This document shows positions 8,816 to 17,907 of a stretch of 23,364 nucleotides of DNA, piece by piece (positions within the stretch are counted from its first letter, which is position 1; every line of letters begins with the position of its first letter). The translations under genes and the position numbers were made by a program. Origin of the DNA: Granulicella sp. (GTDB taxonomy: Bacteria > Acidobacteriota > Terriglobia > Terriglobales > Acidobacteriaceae); assembly GCA_027339965.1 (NCBI GenBank), contig DAHWNL010000010.1, positions 1-23,364 of the forward strand, in the 5' to 3' direction. Below the pieces are notes generated by a model. That model had not been told where the DNA came from and did not search any database. It saw only the letters and a program-made list of their open reading frames with translations.

Positions 8816-9327
8816 TCCTGGAAATAGTGCTGTTTCCGCTCATCATTCACAGGGCCCTCCGGCTCATCGAAGGACGACGCGAGCAAGAGCAGGCCGGTAT
8901 TTCTCTTCAGCCGAGCAAAAGCCTTCCGTTGCATGCACCACCCCCGCGCCGATACCGCAATCATCCGCACGCTCGTCCAGCGTCTGGGGTTGCGCAGCGC
9001 AAACCAAACCCACCTTCTTCGCCCAAACATCTGGCGAAAGGGGACGCAGAAAGAGCCCAGCGAGCAGGCCATCTGCCAAACGCAACTTCGCGGGATCAGA
9101 TGTCGCTGAATGGCAGCGCGCACCCCTGCGCCATAGCCAGGCAGACGTGGTCCAACACTCGGTCAATTCCGGCTTCCGCTGTCTACGCTGCCCCTCCCTC
9201 TTCGCCCCGTGACCGCGCGGGCTCTTCGGTCGCAACTGCGGTCGAGCCTGAATTCGCATCCAGCCAGGCCAGCAGACGGCGAATGCTGCCTGTGGCCAAT
9301 GCCACGCAGAAGTCGGCCGCCCCGTAA
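8812..9327 (+). CDS. Possible hypothetical protein with hydrophobic N-terminus
   Basis: ATGA overlap with the upstream stop (8812-8815), RBS AAGGA at 8801-8805, MILEIVLFPLIIHRAL...; the remainder is low-information and overlaps the GH130 gene end. Confidence 0.3.
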   Translation: MILEIVLFPLIIHRALRLIEGRREQEQAGISLQPSKSLPLHAPPPRRYRNHPHARPASGVAQRKPNPPSSPKHLAKGDAERAQRAGHLPNATSRDQMSLNGSAHPCAIARQTWSNTRSIPASAVYAAPPSSPRDRAGSSVATAVEPEFASSQASRRRMLPVANATQKSAAP

Positions 9328-10250
9328 TACATCTGAATCGAGTCGCCATCCGCGCCGATGGTTTGCCCACAGGGGAACACAACGTCTTTCACATCTCCGC
9401 CACGTTCATAGGCCTCTTCCGGCCCGAACATCCACGAGTTGCCGCGCTGCAGGCAGACCGTCGGATCTTCTAGATCGAACAGAGCAAGGCCCAGCCGATA
9501 AACGCTTCCCGAAGCCGTCTGCCTCACCCCATGGTAGATCATCAGCCAGCCCTTCTCCGTCTCGATCGGCGGAGAACATAGCCCGATCTTGTTTGCATCC
9601 CACCACCCCCCCCGCCGTGCTTCCAGAATAATCTTGTGGCTCCCCCAATGGCGCAGGTCCGGTGAGTAGGAGATCCACATATGAGCTCCCAGTGACGTTA
9701 CTGGCCGATGGATCAGTGCCCAGCGCCCTCCAATCCTCCGGGGCAGCAGCGCCGCATCTTTATCTTCTGGAGGCATGACGACGCCGAATCGCTCAAAGCT
9801 GTGAAAGTCCTTGGTCAGCGCCAGGGAAACTCCCGGTCCTCCGCGCGCAAAGGATGTATAGGCCACTGCGTATTGATCCAACTCCGGAACGTACGTGATA
9901 CGCGGATCTTCAATCCCCCAGATCTCTTCGGGATGCTCCACCGGATTTGCGATCAGCGTCGGCTTCCGCTCGACCTGCCAGGCATCCACTCCATTGCTGG
10001 AACGGGCAGAGCATAGGTGCGATAGGCCGCTTCTGTCTTCCACGCGGCAAAGCAGCAGCGTGTCCCCATCGGGCAGGCGCACCGCTCCTGCGTTGAATAC
10101 GCTATTGATCGGATAGGGCCAGTGCTCCCGGCTGAGAATCGGATTGGCTCGATGGCGCGTGAACAAGGGTTGATCGGCACATGCCTCAAGCTTTGCATCT
10201 TCGAGTAGGACAGCTTCCGGCGACTTATTCGGTACGGCGGTCGGTTTCAC
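9183..10250 (-). CDS. GH130-family glycosidase/mannoside phosphorylase-like protein
   Basis: NPIL, VFNAGA, GIEDPRIT, KDAALLP, ALIHRP, PPIETEKGWLMIYHGV, YERGGDVKDVVFPCG, MYYGAAD; GTGA overlap with the upstream gene. Confidence 0.9.
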   Translation of the reverse strand: MKPTAVPNKSPEAVLLEDAKLEACADQPLFTRHRANPILSREHWPYPINSVFNAGAVRLPDGDTLLLCRVEDRSGLSHLCSARSSNGVDAWQVERKPTLIANPVEHPEEIWGIEDPRITYVPELDQYAVAYTSFARGGPGVSLALTKDFHSFERFGVVMPPEDKDAALLPRRIGGRWALIHRPVTSLGAHMWISYSPDLRHWGSHKIILEARRGGWWDANKIGLCSPPIETEKGWLMIYHGVRQTASGSVYRLGLALFDLEDPTVCLQRGNSWMFGPEEAYERGGDVKDVVFPCGQTIGADGDSIQMYYGAADFCVALATGSIRRLLAWLDANSGSTAVATEEPARSRGEEGGAA

Positions 10251-12628
10251 AGGTGGCGCTCCGTTTCCTGGTGCAGTTTCCTTGTGTTGGCGATATCGAC
10301 GGCCTGCATTTCCAGCAGAGACATCAGGAAGGAAAGAGTTGATTCCGCTCCCTCGTTTTCATTCACCCGGTCGGGATGGAGCCCATCCCTGCATCCGCCC
10401 GTCACTGGATCGTAAAGCGGCACCCTCAGGTCGTTCTTGCCCAGGTACCAGAGGAACACCCCTCTTGCTTCCTCATGCCACCGGCCCTCCCCCGTCAGCC
10501 TGTACACCTCAAGACATGCGGAGATGGTTGCGCAAGCCTCGACGGGCTGCTGATCAAAACGCATCTTCCGGTTTCCTTCGATGAAGAATCCGTGGGATCC
10601 AATCGGCACGAAGATCTCCTGGTCGTCGCGGTGCTGCTCGGCCACAAGCCATTCCAGAGCCTCCACTCCCGCTTCGATCATTCGCTGGTTCTTACTCCTC
10701 CAACCCACCAGAATCAGAGCCTGCGGCAGCCTCGCATTGGAGTAGGAGAGCCTCTTCTCGAACCAGCGCCAGCTCTCGGAGCGGCTGCGCTCGTAAATGT
10801 CCAGTAGCCGATTGGCAAGCGTGTTGCGAATTCTCTCTATGTCTCGGTCGCCGGGAAACCAGTCGAGATAGGCCTGCAAACCAAGAACACCGTAAGCCCA
10901 CGCGCGCGGACTGCTGAATCGAAGCACCGCAGGCACGGCGGCCTCAAAGAGCCTTCCCGCTGCTCCGCGCAGTCCCGCATTCCGAGATCGACCCAGAACA
11001 GTTCCCAAAGCCCACAATGACCTGCCATGACTGTCTTCCGAGCCAATCTCCTCAAGCCATCGGCGGTCATATCCAAGAAAGTTTCGGAACCTTCCGCTCC
11101 CGGAATTGAAGGCGAGCCAGAGAAAGGCCAGATATCGGCGGGAAAGACTGGAAGGTTCAATCTCATTGTCGGGAATCCTGTATTCATCCTGAAGTGTGGT
11201 CACAATCAGCGCCCTCGCGTTGTCGTCGGTCGTATAGCCCTCTCTCGCGTTGGGTACTGAGAATATCGCGTGCTGCAACATGCCGGTGTCATCTGTCATA
11301 TTGCAGAGGTGCGTCGCATTCAGCACCGGCAAGCTATAGACCCGACTCTCCGTGAGACTCTCATGTGGCTTCGCTCTCGGCCAAAGTGTTCGCTCAAACC
11401 GCGCGCGTTGAAAACTCGCCATGTACGCTCGCGCGGCTTTCGGCCAGGTCGTTCCCCGCGAGTACAGATAGGCGCGCTTCCGCATCGCGTGCCGCTCTGC
11501 ATCGTTCTCCAGCAATGCAACCACTTGATCCGCGATGGAGTCGAAATCGTCGAAAGGAACAATCACCCCTCTTCGGCTCGCTAGCAACTCCTTGGCATGC
11601 CAGTACGGCGTGGAGACGATTGCCTTTCCCGCTCCCAGTGCCATGGCCAGCGTGCCAGACACAACCTGAGCCTCCTGCCGGTAAGGCGTGATGTATATAT
11701 CCGCTGCGCCTACCTGCTCCATCAACTCCTCGGCGCTCACAAACCGATTCTTGAAGATCACCTGGGAGGAAACGCCAAGCCGCTCCGCCAGAGCGCGTAA
11801 CTCCTCGCGGTAGCGCTCGCCCTCCTGCCGCCTCACATGGGGATGCGTCACTCCAGAAACGATATACACCACGTTCGGATGCCTTGCCAGAATTGCGGGC
11901 AGAGCTCGGATCACGTTTTCAATACCCTTGTTCGGAGACAAGAGACCGAATGTGAGCAGGACGGATTTTCCCTCCGCACCAAACAGGTCTTTAAAGTAGT
12001 TGGGATCCATGAAGGGCATCTCGGGCACTCCATGCGGAATCACATCGATCTTGCCACCGGGAACAGCATAGATGTCGCGCAGCAATTGCCCCGCCAGTTC
12101 ACTCATCACGATCAGCCGATCAGAGAGCCGCGTAATCTCTTCGAGCACAGCACGCTGATTTATGTCCGGATCGCGCAGCACCGTATGCAACGTGGTCACC
12201 ACAGGCATCTTCAACTTCCGCAGCAAAGCCAGAATATGCCCTCCTGCCGGCCCGCCGTAGATGCCGTATTCATGCTGCAGACAAACCATGTCGTTGCCGT
12301 TGAAGTTCAAAAAATCCGCGGCCCGCACGTAGGAAGCGCAATCTTCCTGTTCAAGCTCAAGACGCACTTGCGGAGGGTAATCGTAGCGCGATCCCGGATC
12401 ATTGACCGGAATCGTAAAGAGCCGCCCTTCCCCATACTCTGTCGTCAACGCGGTACCCAGGTCGGCCGTAAATGTGGCAATGCCGCACTCTCGCGGCAGA
12501 TAATTGCCGATAAAGCCAATGCGCGTCGGCAATGGTAGGTCGCAGCGGTTCGACCCGACTAGCGCAAGCGCCGCCGGTTCGGCCCCCTCGGCCCCGTCCT
12601 TGCGATGCGTTGATTCCGTTAACGACAT
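10247..12628 (-). CDS. GT4 glycosyltransferase fused to a C-terminal glycoside-hydrolase-like helical domain (793 aa)
   Basis: GT-B motifs GNYLPRECGIATF, LQHEYGIYGG, IPHGVP, TFGLLSPNKGIE, ITPY...SGTLA; C-terminal DDTGMLQHA, YTTDDNARAL, SEDSHGR, LSYSNARLPQA, FDQQPVEA, CRDGL, NEGAEST. Confidence 0.9.
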   Translation of the reverse strand: MSLTESTHRKDGAEGAEPAALALVGSNRCDLPLPTRIGFIGNYLPRECGIATFTADLGTALTTEYGEGRLFTIPVNDPGSRYDYPPQVRLELEQEDCASYVRAADFLNFNGNDMVCLQHEYGIYGGPAGGHILALLRKLKMPVVTTLHTVLRDPDINQRAVLEEITRLSDRLIVMSELAGQLLRDIYAVPGGKIDVIPHGVPEMPFMDPNYFKDLFGAEGKSVLLTFGLLSPNKGIENVIRALPAILARHPNVVYIVSGVTHPHVRRQEGERYREELRALAERLGVSSQVIFKNRFVSAEELMEQVGAADIYITPYRQEAQVVSGTLAMALGAGKAIVSTPYWHAKELLASRRGVIVPFDDFDSIADQVVALLENDAERHAMRKRAYLYSRGTTWPKAARAYMASFQRARFERTLWPRAKPHESLTESRVYSLPVLNATHLCNMTDDTGMLQHAIFSVPNAREGYTTDDNARALIVTTLQDEYRIPDNEIEPSSLSRRYLAFLWLAFNSGSGRFRNFLGYDRRWLEEIGSEDSHGRSLWALGTVLGRSRNAGLRGAAGRLFEAAVPAVLRFSSPRAWAYGVLGLQAYLDWFPGDRDIERIRNTLANRLLDIYERSRSESWRWFEKRLSYSNARLPQALILVGWRSKNQRMIEAGVEALEWLVAEQHRDDQEIFVPIGSHGFFIEGNRKMRFDQQPVEACATISACLEVYRLTGEGRWHEEARGVFLWYLGKNDLRVPLYDPVTGGCRDGLHPDRVNENEGAESTLSFLMSLLEMQAVDIANTRKLHQETERHL

Positions 12629-13495
12629 GACGCCTTGCCCTTCCTTCTATCCGTTCAAGTGCACAGGCCCGCCGCACAATGCCTATTCGGACACCGCCGC
12701 CTGGCTCAGGGTTGGGATCTCATCCGACGCGGTGCCTGGTCTATCTCCTGTTTGCCGTCTGCGCCAGCGTCTCGTCGCAAGCTTCCCGCAACGTGTGTCG
12801 CTGGATCTCGCGTGGCTGGAATCCCGCATCGGCGACGTGTAAACCCGGATACTCTACGACTCCAACGGAATCGCCTTCTGCGGTATGAAATGGCCGCACG
12901 ATCCTTGAATGCGTACGCTTCACAGTATGGTCGCCGGCATCGCCCTGTCTTCGCCCAAACGATCTTCGCTAACAGGAGCCCTGCAACCCCAGAAAGCGCC
13001 ATCCGGGATCACCCGTCGTTCCTTGTCACCCAGGCTGGACAGGGCAGATCTTCCACAAGCATTCACGCCTCGCCAATGGGTTCCCCAGCCGGTGCCAGGC
13101 CATTCGATAAGCGGACCCTTTGCTTCCCTCAAGCGGAATGCAGTTCCACGCCTGCGCATCTCTCAATCCTGTCGGTGCCTTCGAACCATGGAACCGATCT
13201 AGCAACCGACGACAACAGGGGAACTCCCAAAGAGCGAAAGGTTCGTGTGCAAGCTCTCTCAAAATCTGGCGCTTCCCCTTCTCAGGTGCACCGCTGGACC
13301 CCGGAAAGACCAGCCGTATCCGGCTGGCCTTCCGGCGGGCCCAGATGGAACTCCTTGCCGCAACGGGCACAAAAAAGGTGACGCCTTACCGAGTCCTTCT
13401 TGCTACGCCCATCACAGCTCCAATACTTTCGGTTACATGCTCACCAGATAGATGCCTGTGGTTGAAGAGGCAAGAACCATGGTCGCCACAGTAAG

Positions 13496-15028
13496 CTAGC
13501 GTAGGCTACCAGTCGTTACGTTCGCTGGACTTCCAATTGCATCGCCCGATACCACCAATTCCACTCTCCGGTTCTCTTGCCGGCCAGTTAAGTCATCATT
13601 CGAGGCTACCGGCGAAGCTTCGCCATACCCCTCTGCTGTCACAGAGCTGCCAACCACGCCCTCTTCTACCAGGTAATCGCGTACAGCGTCCGCTCGACTC
13701 TCAGACAACGTCTGATTCCTCTCATTGCTGCCGACATTGTCCGTGTAGCCGCCCACTGCGATGTTCAGGCTGGGGTACGCAATCAGAATTCCGGCTACCT
13801 TGGCCAGTTTCTCCTTTGCGCCCGGCGTCAATGCGTACTCCCCGGTAGCAAACAGCACATCGGACATACTCACAATCAGACCGCGTGCACTATCGCGAGT
13901 CTCAAGTACCTTGTTTAGCCGCGCGGACAACTGCGCCCGCAGAACCGCCTTTTCACTATCTGCTTGTTGCATAGTCTGCATCGCCATAGCCCGCGATTGA
14001 TCGGCATCGGCTTGCGCCGCGTTGATCGCCACTGCCGATGTCACCTGATTCACCGCCATCTCGGTCTGCGCCTCTACCGCATCAGACTGGGCTTGCTCCT
14101 TTTGCCTCGTCGCCTCATTCGCTTGCGCCTGCGACTGCGCCACCGCTTCCGCTGAAGCTTGGCGGGCGTTCTCCCTGCGATCCTCGCCAATCCTCTTGGC
14201 TGCAATCTCACGTGCATCTTCCGCCGTCTGCACGGTCGCACGCGACTTCAGGATCAGTTGCCTTGTATCCGTGTTGCCGTCAGTAGCATCTTCATTGGCC
14301 GTATGCATCAACTGGACGGCATGCTGATAGGTTCCGCCGGCGTACGTCTCAGCTCCTTCGGATCGCGCAATGCGCAGTGCATTCCGCGCTTCCAGGAACT
14401 CCAACGGCAACTTCGCGTCCAGCACCACTGGATCAAAAGTATAGCCCGTGGGAACGTAGCCGCCACGCTGCACCAGCTCATACTTCGTGTCCACTGCACT
14501 GCTGGCCAATCTGCCGCCTGCCGCCACCGTGTCCTCCAACACCACAACGTCGCTCGGCTGGCGAACTGCAAAATAGGGCTCCGCGGTAACAATCAGTGCA
14601 AAAGCCTGAAGATTGGTGGTTGCGGTCAGCTTGCTTCGATCATTGCTGCCCACCAGTACTTCGCCGAGGTTCACCGCTCGGCCATCCGGTGAGATCGCCC
14701 AAAGCACGTAAGTAAGATACTCCTCGCCAAATGTCTTCGGACTCTGCAAGTTCCCAAACTCCGCTTCCACTTCCATCGTGCCGCGCTTGCTCCGCACCTT
14801 GGCTGTTCCTTCAGCGGAAGGCATCAGATTGGTGCCGGCAAGACTCACCTTCGCTGTCCCTCCGCGCTGCCCGAAATTGAGAACTTTCACCGTTCGATCG
14901 GTCTGATTCATGATCGAAACGGGCATCCGGCTCACCGGATCAAGCGGAATCGAGTTCTGTGTAGGTGCCTGGGCAAACGCGCCCATGCTCAGCGCGCTTC
15001 CAATTACCAGAAAATACGAAGGTTTCAA
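13496..15028 (-). CDS. Exported OmpA-like C-terminal domain protein with helical/coiled-coil linker
   Basis: TTG start with RBS AAGGAG; signal peptide; C-terminal DVLFATG, GYTDNVGS, NQTLSESRADAV, NRRVEL peptidoglycan-binding motifs. Confidence 0.9.
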   Translation of the reverse strand: MKPSYFLVIGSALSMGAFAQAPTQNSIPLDPVSRMPVSIMNQTDRTVKVLNFGQRGGTAKVSLAGTNLMPSAEGTAKVRSKRGTMEVEAEFGNLQSPKTFGEEYLTYVLWAISPDGRAVNLGEVLVGSNDRSKLTATTNLQAFALIVTAEPYFAVRQPSDVVVLEDTVAAGGRLASSAVDTKYELVQRGGYVPTGYTFDPVVLDAKLPLEFLEARNALRIARSEGAETYAGGTYQHAVQLMHTANEDATDGNTDTRQLILKSRATVQTAEDAREIAAKRIGEDRRENARQASAEAVAQSQAQANEATRQKEQAQSDAVEAQTEMAVNQVTSAVAINAAQADADQSRAMAMQTMQQADSEKAVLRAQLSARLNKVLETRDSARGLIVSMSDVLFATGEYALTPGAKEKLAKVAGILIAYPSLNIAVGGYTDNVGSNERNQTLSESRADAVRDYLVEEGVVGSSVTAEGYGEASPVASNDDLTGRQENRRVELVVSGDAIGSPANVTTGSLR

Positions 15029-15116
15029 AATATCTCCTTTAGAGAAAAAACTACTTTACCGCGTTGGTATCTGAAGAGGGCTGGCGAAGCCAGGCAGGTT
15101 TCAACCGGGCGATAGA

Positions 15117-15308
15117 TCAATGACCAACCCGGAAATGCTTGAGTTGGTCAAATAGACCGAAAAGATTTCCGATCCACAGGACCACGACAATCACCACCAG
15201 ACCATTGAGAATCGCTTTCACCTGACTCTGCATCGGAATAAACCTGTTCACAAGCCACAGCAACACTCCTACTGCCACAAGCGTCAAAATTACGTTGGTT
15301 AACGGCAT
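15117..15308 (-). CDS. Small two-TM membrane protein (Thivi_2564-like, 63 aa)
   Basis: MPLTNVILTLVAVGVLLWLVNRFIPMQSQVKAILNGLVVIVVVLW...; RBS GAGGA. Confidence 0.85.
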   Translation of the reverse strand: MPLTNVILTLVAVGVLLWLVNRFIPMQSQVKAILNGLVVIVVVLWIGNLFGLFDQLKHFRVGH

Positions 15309-15464
15309 ACTTTGTTCCTCATCTCCCGTACTGCGCCCTCTGTTGGCTCAAGGCGCCCTCGGGCACGCCAGGAACATTCGGGTCACGTGTCGCACGAAGC
15401 CGTCAGAACGAAATCAGTGAATATCGGCTTCATTGTCATTGTTTCAAAACAAGGATCAAAGAAC

Positions 15465-15480
15465 TGAGCTAAACAGCACA
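15465..15480 (-). promoter_or_regulatory. Putative Crp/Fnr-type box upstream of Thivi_2564-like/OmpA genes
   Basis: Minus strand TGTGCTGTTTAGCTCA(G), 21 nt, then AACAAT (15443-15438). Confidence 0.6.
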
Positions 15481-15607
15481 CCACGGAGGAGCGTCCAACT
15501 TAGCCGGGCGAGCGGCGCTCAGCCTGTATTTGGCTCAGGTTGCAGGCAGTCCCCGCCATTTGCAGCCTCGTTCGGTCCCATACAACTCCGCAGGGAGCAC
15601 TTGCAGA

Positions 15608-15675
15608 TTGCCCAGTTCCGTGTTCCCAGCCTCGCGTTGCCCAGCCTCGCGTTGCCCAGCCTCCACGTTGCCACG
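15608..15675. repeat. Degenerate ~15-bp tandem repeat (TTGCCCAGCCTCGCG, ~4 units)
   Basis: ttgcccagttccgtg / ttcccagcctcgcg / ttgcccagcctcgcg / ttgcccagcctccacg / ttgccacg. Confidence 0.8.
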
Positions 15676-15796
15676 CTACACCGGCAAGGCGTCCTTCACG
15701 CCGTTGATCCTGCGCTTCTTTCAGTCACCATCGGGAAAGACAGTTCAACAGAATCTTAGCCAGTAGCCTGAACACGCCGTGAGTGTTACCTCAGCG

Positions 15797-17305
15797 TTAT
15801 GTCTTATTCTCCGGCCGCTGGGACGCTTCTTGCTTTGTGCCCGATTGGCTTGTAAGTACAGGGATCCCGCTGATAAGGCCCTGATACTCTGTCAGGCGTT
15901 TGCCTAAAATCACCAATCCCTTGGAGGTGATCTCATATTCGCGAATGTCCTTGGCATGGTTTCCGCCCCGCATCTTGATCACCACCATGATCTTGCGGAG
16001 CTGGCCATCGATCGATACATACCGCAGCCTCAGAATGTCATCGCACAGGAAGGAAATAGAGTAGGTGCTGAAGGGAAACTCCGTGAAGGACTCATCCACC
16101 TCAACCGTGCTCAGAATTGTCACTCCAATTCCTGTCAGGGCGAAGATCATTCGGTACAGCGATTCGCGAAAGTCGGCACGGAAACCGGGCGACAGAGCCA
16201 TCTCAAATCCAGCCAGAGAGTCGATCACCAGCCGCTTCGCGCCAATCTTCTGCACCGCGTCCAGAATCGACTGCATCGTCTCATCCACGGAGAGATCCAA
16301 CGGACGAAGATACAGGATCGTGAGCTTCCCGTTCTCTTGCGGCGTTTCCAGATCCAGGCCTAAACTCGTGGCTCGCTCCGCATAGGCTTCCGGGCGCTCT
16401 TCAAAGACAGCGACAATTCCCGGCTGCCCCTGGCGAATGCCTTCCGCAATGAACTGCGTGGCCAGCACGGATTTCCCGGTTCCCGACGATCCTGCCACCA
16501 GCACGCTATCCCCCTCCCTCACCCCGCCACCCAGCATCTCGTCCAACTCCGCAACGCCAAAGGAAAGTCGCCGCTCGGCAGGAGGATTTCTCCTGCTCGC
16601 GCTCAACCCAAAGGTGCGGGAGAAGGCCTGGATCCCGGCATCGGTAATCCGGAACGTATGCAGCCCCGGTACGGAATCCTGACCGCGTAGTTTCATGATC
16701 TGCAGCTTGCGCACTACGGAATTGCGTTCTGCCGTCTGGCGCAACCAGAACAGCCCATCGGCGACGGTAAAGATCGGATTGTCACGCAAATCCTCCTCCG
16801 CGTATTCACCGATCAGGAAGGTGGTCGCCTGCCAGCTCGCCAGAAACAGCGCCAGCCTTTGCAGAAACGATTGCAGATCCATATCACTCTGCGGCTTGCG
16901 CACCATCGTGCGAAAAGAGTCCACAACCACAACGGAGGGATTGGCCCTTTCCACCTCCCGGGTGATCTCCTCCAGCACCGCGCCCAGATCCTTCTCCAGC
17001 ACAACCTGGCTCAGGTTGATAAAGCGAATGGAATCCGGCAGCTTGGCCGGATCGAAGAAGGTGTACTGCTGCTGGTACCGCATCATCTTGATGGCGGACT
17101 CGCCCAGAATCGTGAAATAGATCGCCGGACGTTCAGGGGTCGCATTCGCAAAGACGACTTGGTGAGCTAGTGTGGTCTTCCCGCTTCCCGGGGCGCCCGC
17201 GATGATGTTGAATGAGAACTCCGGGAGCCCACCGCCCACAATCTCGTCAAGCCCCGGAACTCCCGTCGGCAGTCTGTTGATCTTCACCTTGTCCTGAGTG
17301 CTCAC
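15797..17305 (-). CDS. kaiC: Double-domain KaiC-like RecA-superfamily ATPase (502 aa)
   Basis: RLPTGVPGLDEIVGGGLP, two Walker A motifs (GAPGSGKT, GSSGTGKS), Walker B (VVVDS, LVIDS), MKLRG/IKMRG; KaiC phosphosite-equivalent ISFLCD. KaiC-like, not necessarily a clock. Confidence 0.9.
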   Translation of the reverse strand: MSTQDKVKINRLPTGVPGLDEIVGGGLPEFSFNIIAGAPGSGKTTLAHQVVFANATPERPAIYFTILGESAIKMMRYQQQYTFFDPAKLPDSIRFINLSQVVLEKDLGAVLEEITREVERANPSVVVVDSFRTMVRKPQSDMDLQSFLQRLALFLASWQATTFLIGEYAEEDLRDNPIFTVADGLFWLRQTAERNSVVRKLQIMKLRGQDSVPGLHTFRITDAGIQAFSRTFGLSASRRNPPAERRLSFGVAELDEMLGGGVREGDSVLVAGSSGTGKSVLATQFIAEGIRQGQPGIVAVFEERPEAYAERATSLGLDLETPQENGKLTILYLRPLDLSVDETMQSILDAVQKIGAKRLVIDSLAGFEMALSPGFRADFRESLYRMIFALTGIGVTILSTVEVDESFTEFPFSTYSISFLCDDILRLRYVSIDGQLRKIMVVIKMRGGNHAKDIREYEITSKGLVILGKRLTEYQGLISGIPVLTSQSGTKQEASQRPENKT

Positions 17306-17757
17306 GCTTTTCTCCCGTTCTCCGAATTGCTATCGTCGAGGGCCGCTCCCGGCCACTGAACGCGCAGCAGACTCAACGTCAAACTTTCACCAAGGAAGAT
17401 AAGGAGTAGGCCGAGTATGTGGATGATAAGGATCTCTACTCCCCCGCCTCCGGCACACCCGTCAGCCCCATCCTTGGCCAAGCCCGTGGGATGTTCCATC
17501 TTGCCCAGGCCATGTAACGATCCGTCCCCGGAAATCTGCACTTCTCCAACCCTGGGTTCCTCCGCCTTGGCCAATGTCATGGCCCGAGAGGCGAGCGACA
17601 AAAAACCGGCAACGCTGGCAAACTCACAAAGGCTCCGCCGCAGCTTCTCATAGACCACAAGCATTGCGGGCTCGGGAGACCCCAACGCCTTGCCCAGATT
17701 GGCTTCGTAAGCAAGAAGCCGGTCAGCTAGATCTCGCATCTTTGCGTCGGTCGTCAT
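17302..17757 (-). CDS. Hypothetical KaiC-associated protein B (151 aa)
   Basis: GTGA overlap with kaiC start; aligns by eye with the upstream ORF (YEKLRR, GFLSLASRA, LGLLLIFLGE). Start 17757 chosen from that alignment; the frame is open to 17859. Confidence 0.8.
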   Translation of the reverse strand: MTTDAKMRDLADRLLAYEANLGKALGSPEPAMLVVYEKLRRSLCEFASVAGFLSLASRAMTLAKAEEPRVGEVQISGDGSLHGLGKMEHPTGLAKDGADGCAGGGGVEILIIHILGLLLIFLGESLTLSLLRVQWPGAALDDSNSENGRKA

Positions 17758-17907
17758 GTTTAACCGTTCATAGTTCCTTGCGGAAATTCTCAAAAGCTGT
17801 CTCAGGCTTCGCTGCGACCCGTGCAACCACTCCATCTCCTCCTGGAGTGGCTCCGTCAAATGGCGTTCACTCTCAAGCGTCTCTCTTAGGATCTGGCCCA
17901 GCAGAAC

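Noticed and set aside
7933..9123. 396-aa minus-strand ORF
   Set aside because: Antisense to the REC-Zn and 176-aa genes; Arg/Cys/Ser-rich shadow composition.
13356..13371. TGTGC-N8-GCA look-alike (also 12838-12853 and 21306-21321)
   Set aside because: No correctly spaced -10 hexamer, so likely chance matches. These show the core motif alone is not specific.
15608..15675. CRISPR array
   Set aside because: Units are ~15 bp, adjacent, without spacers; no cas genes.
15797..17305. Bona fide circadian clock
   Set aside because: No kaiA/kaiB in the window and the second phosphosite (Thr) is replaced by Phe.
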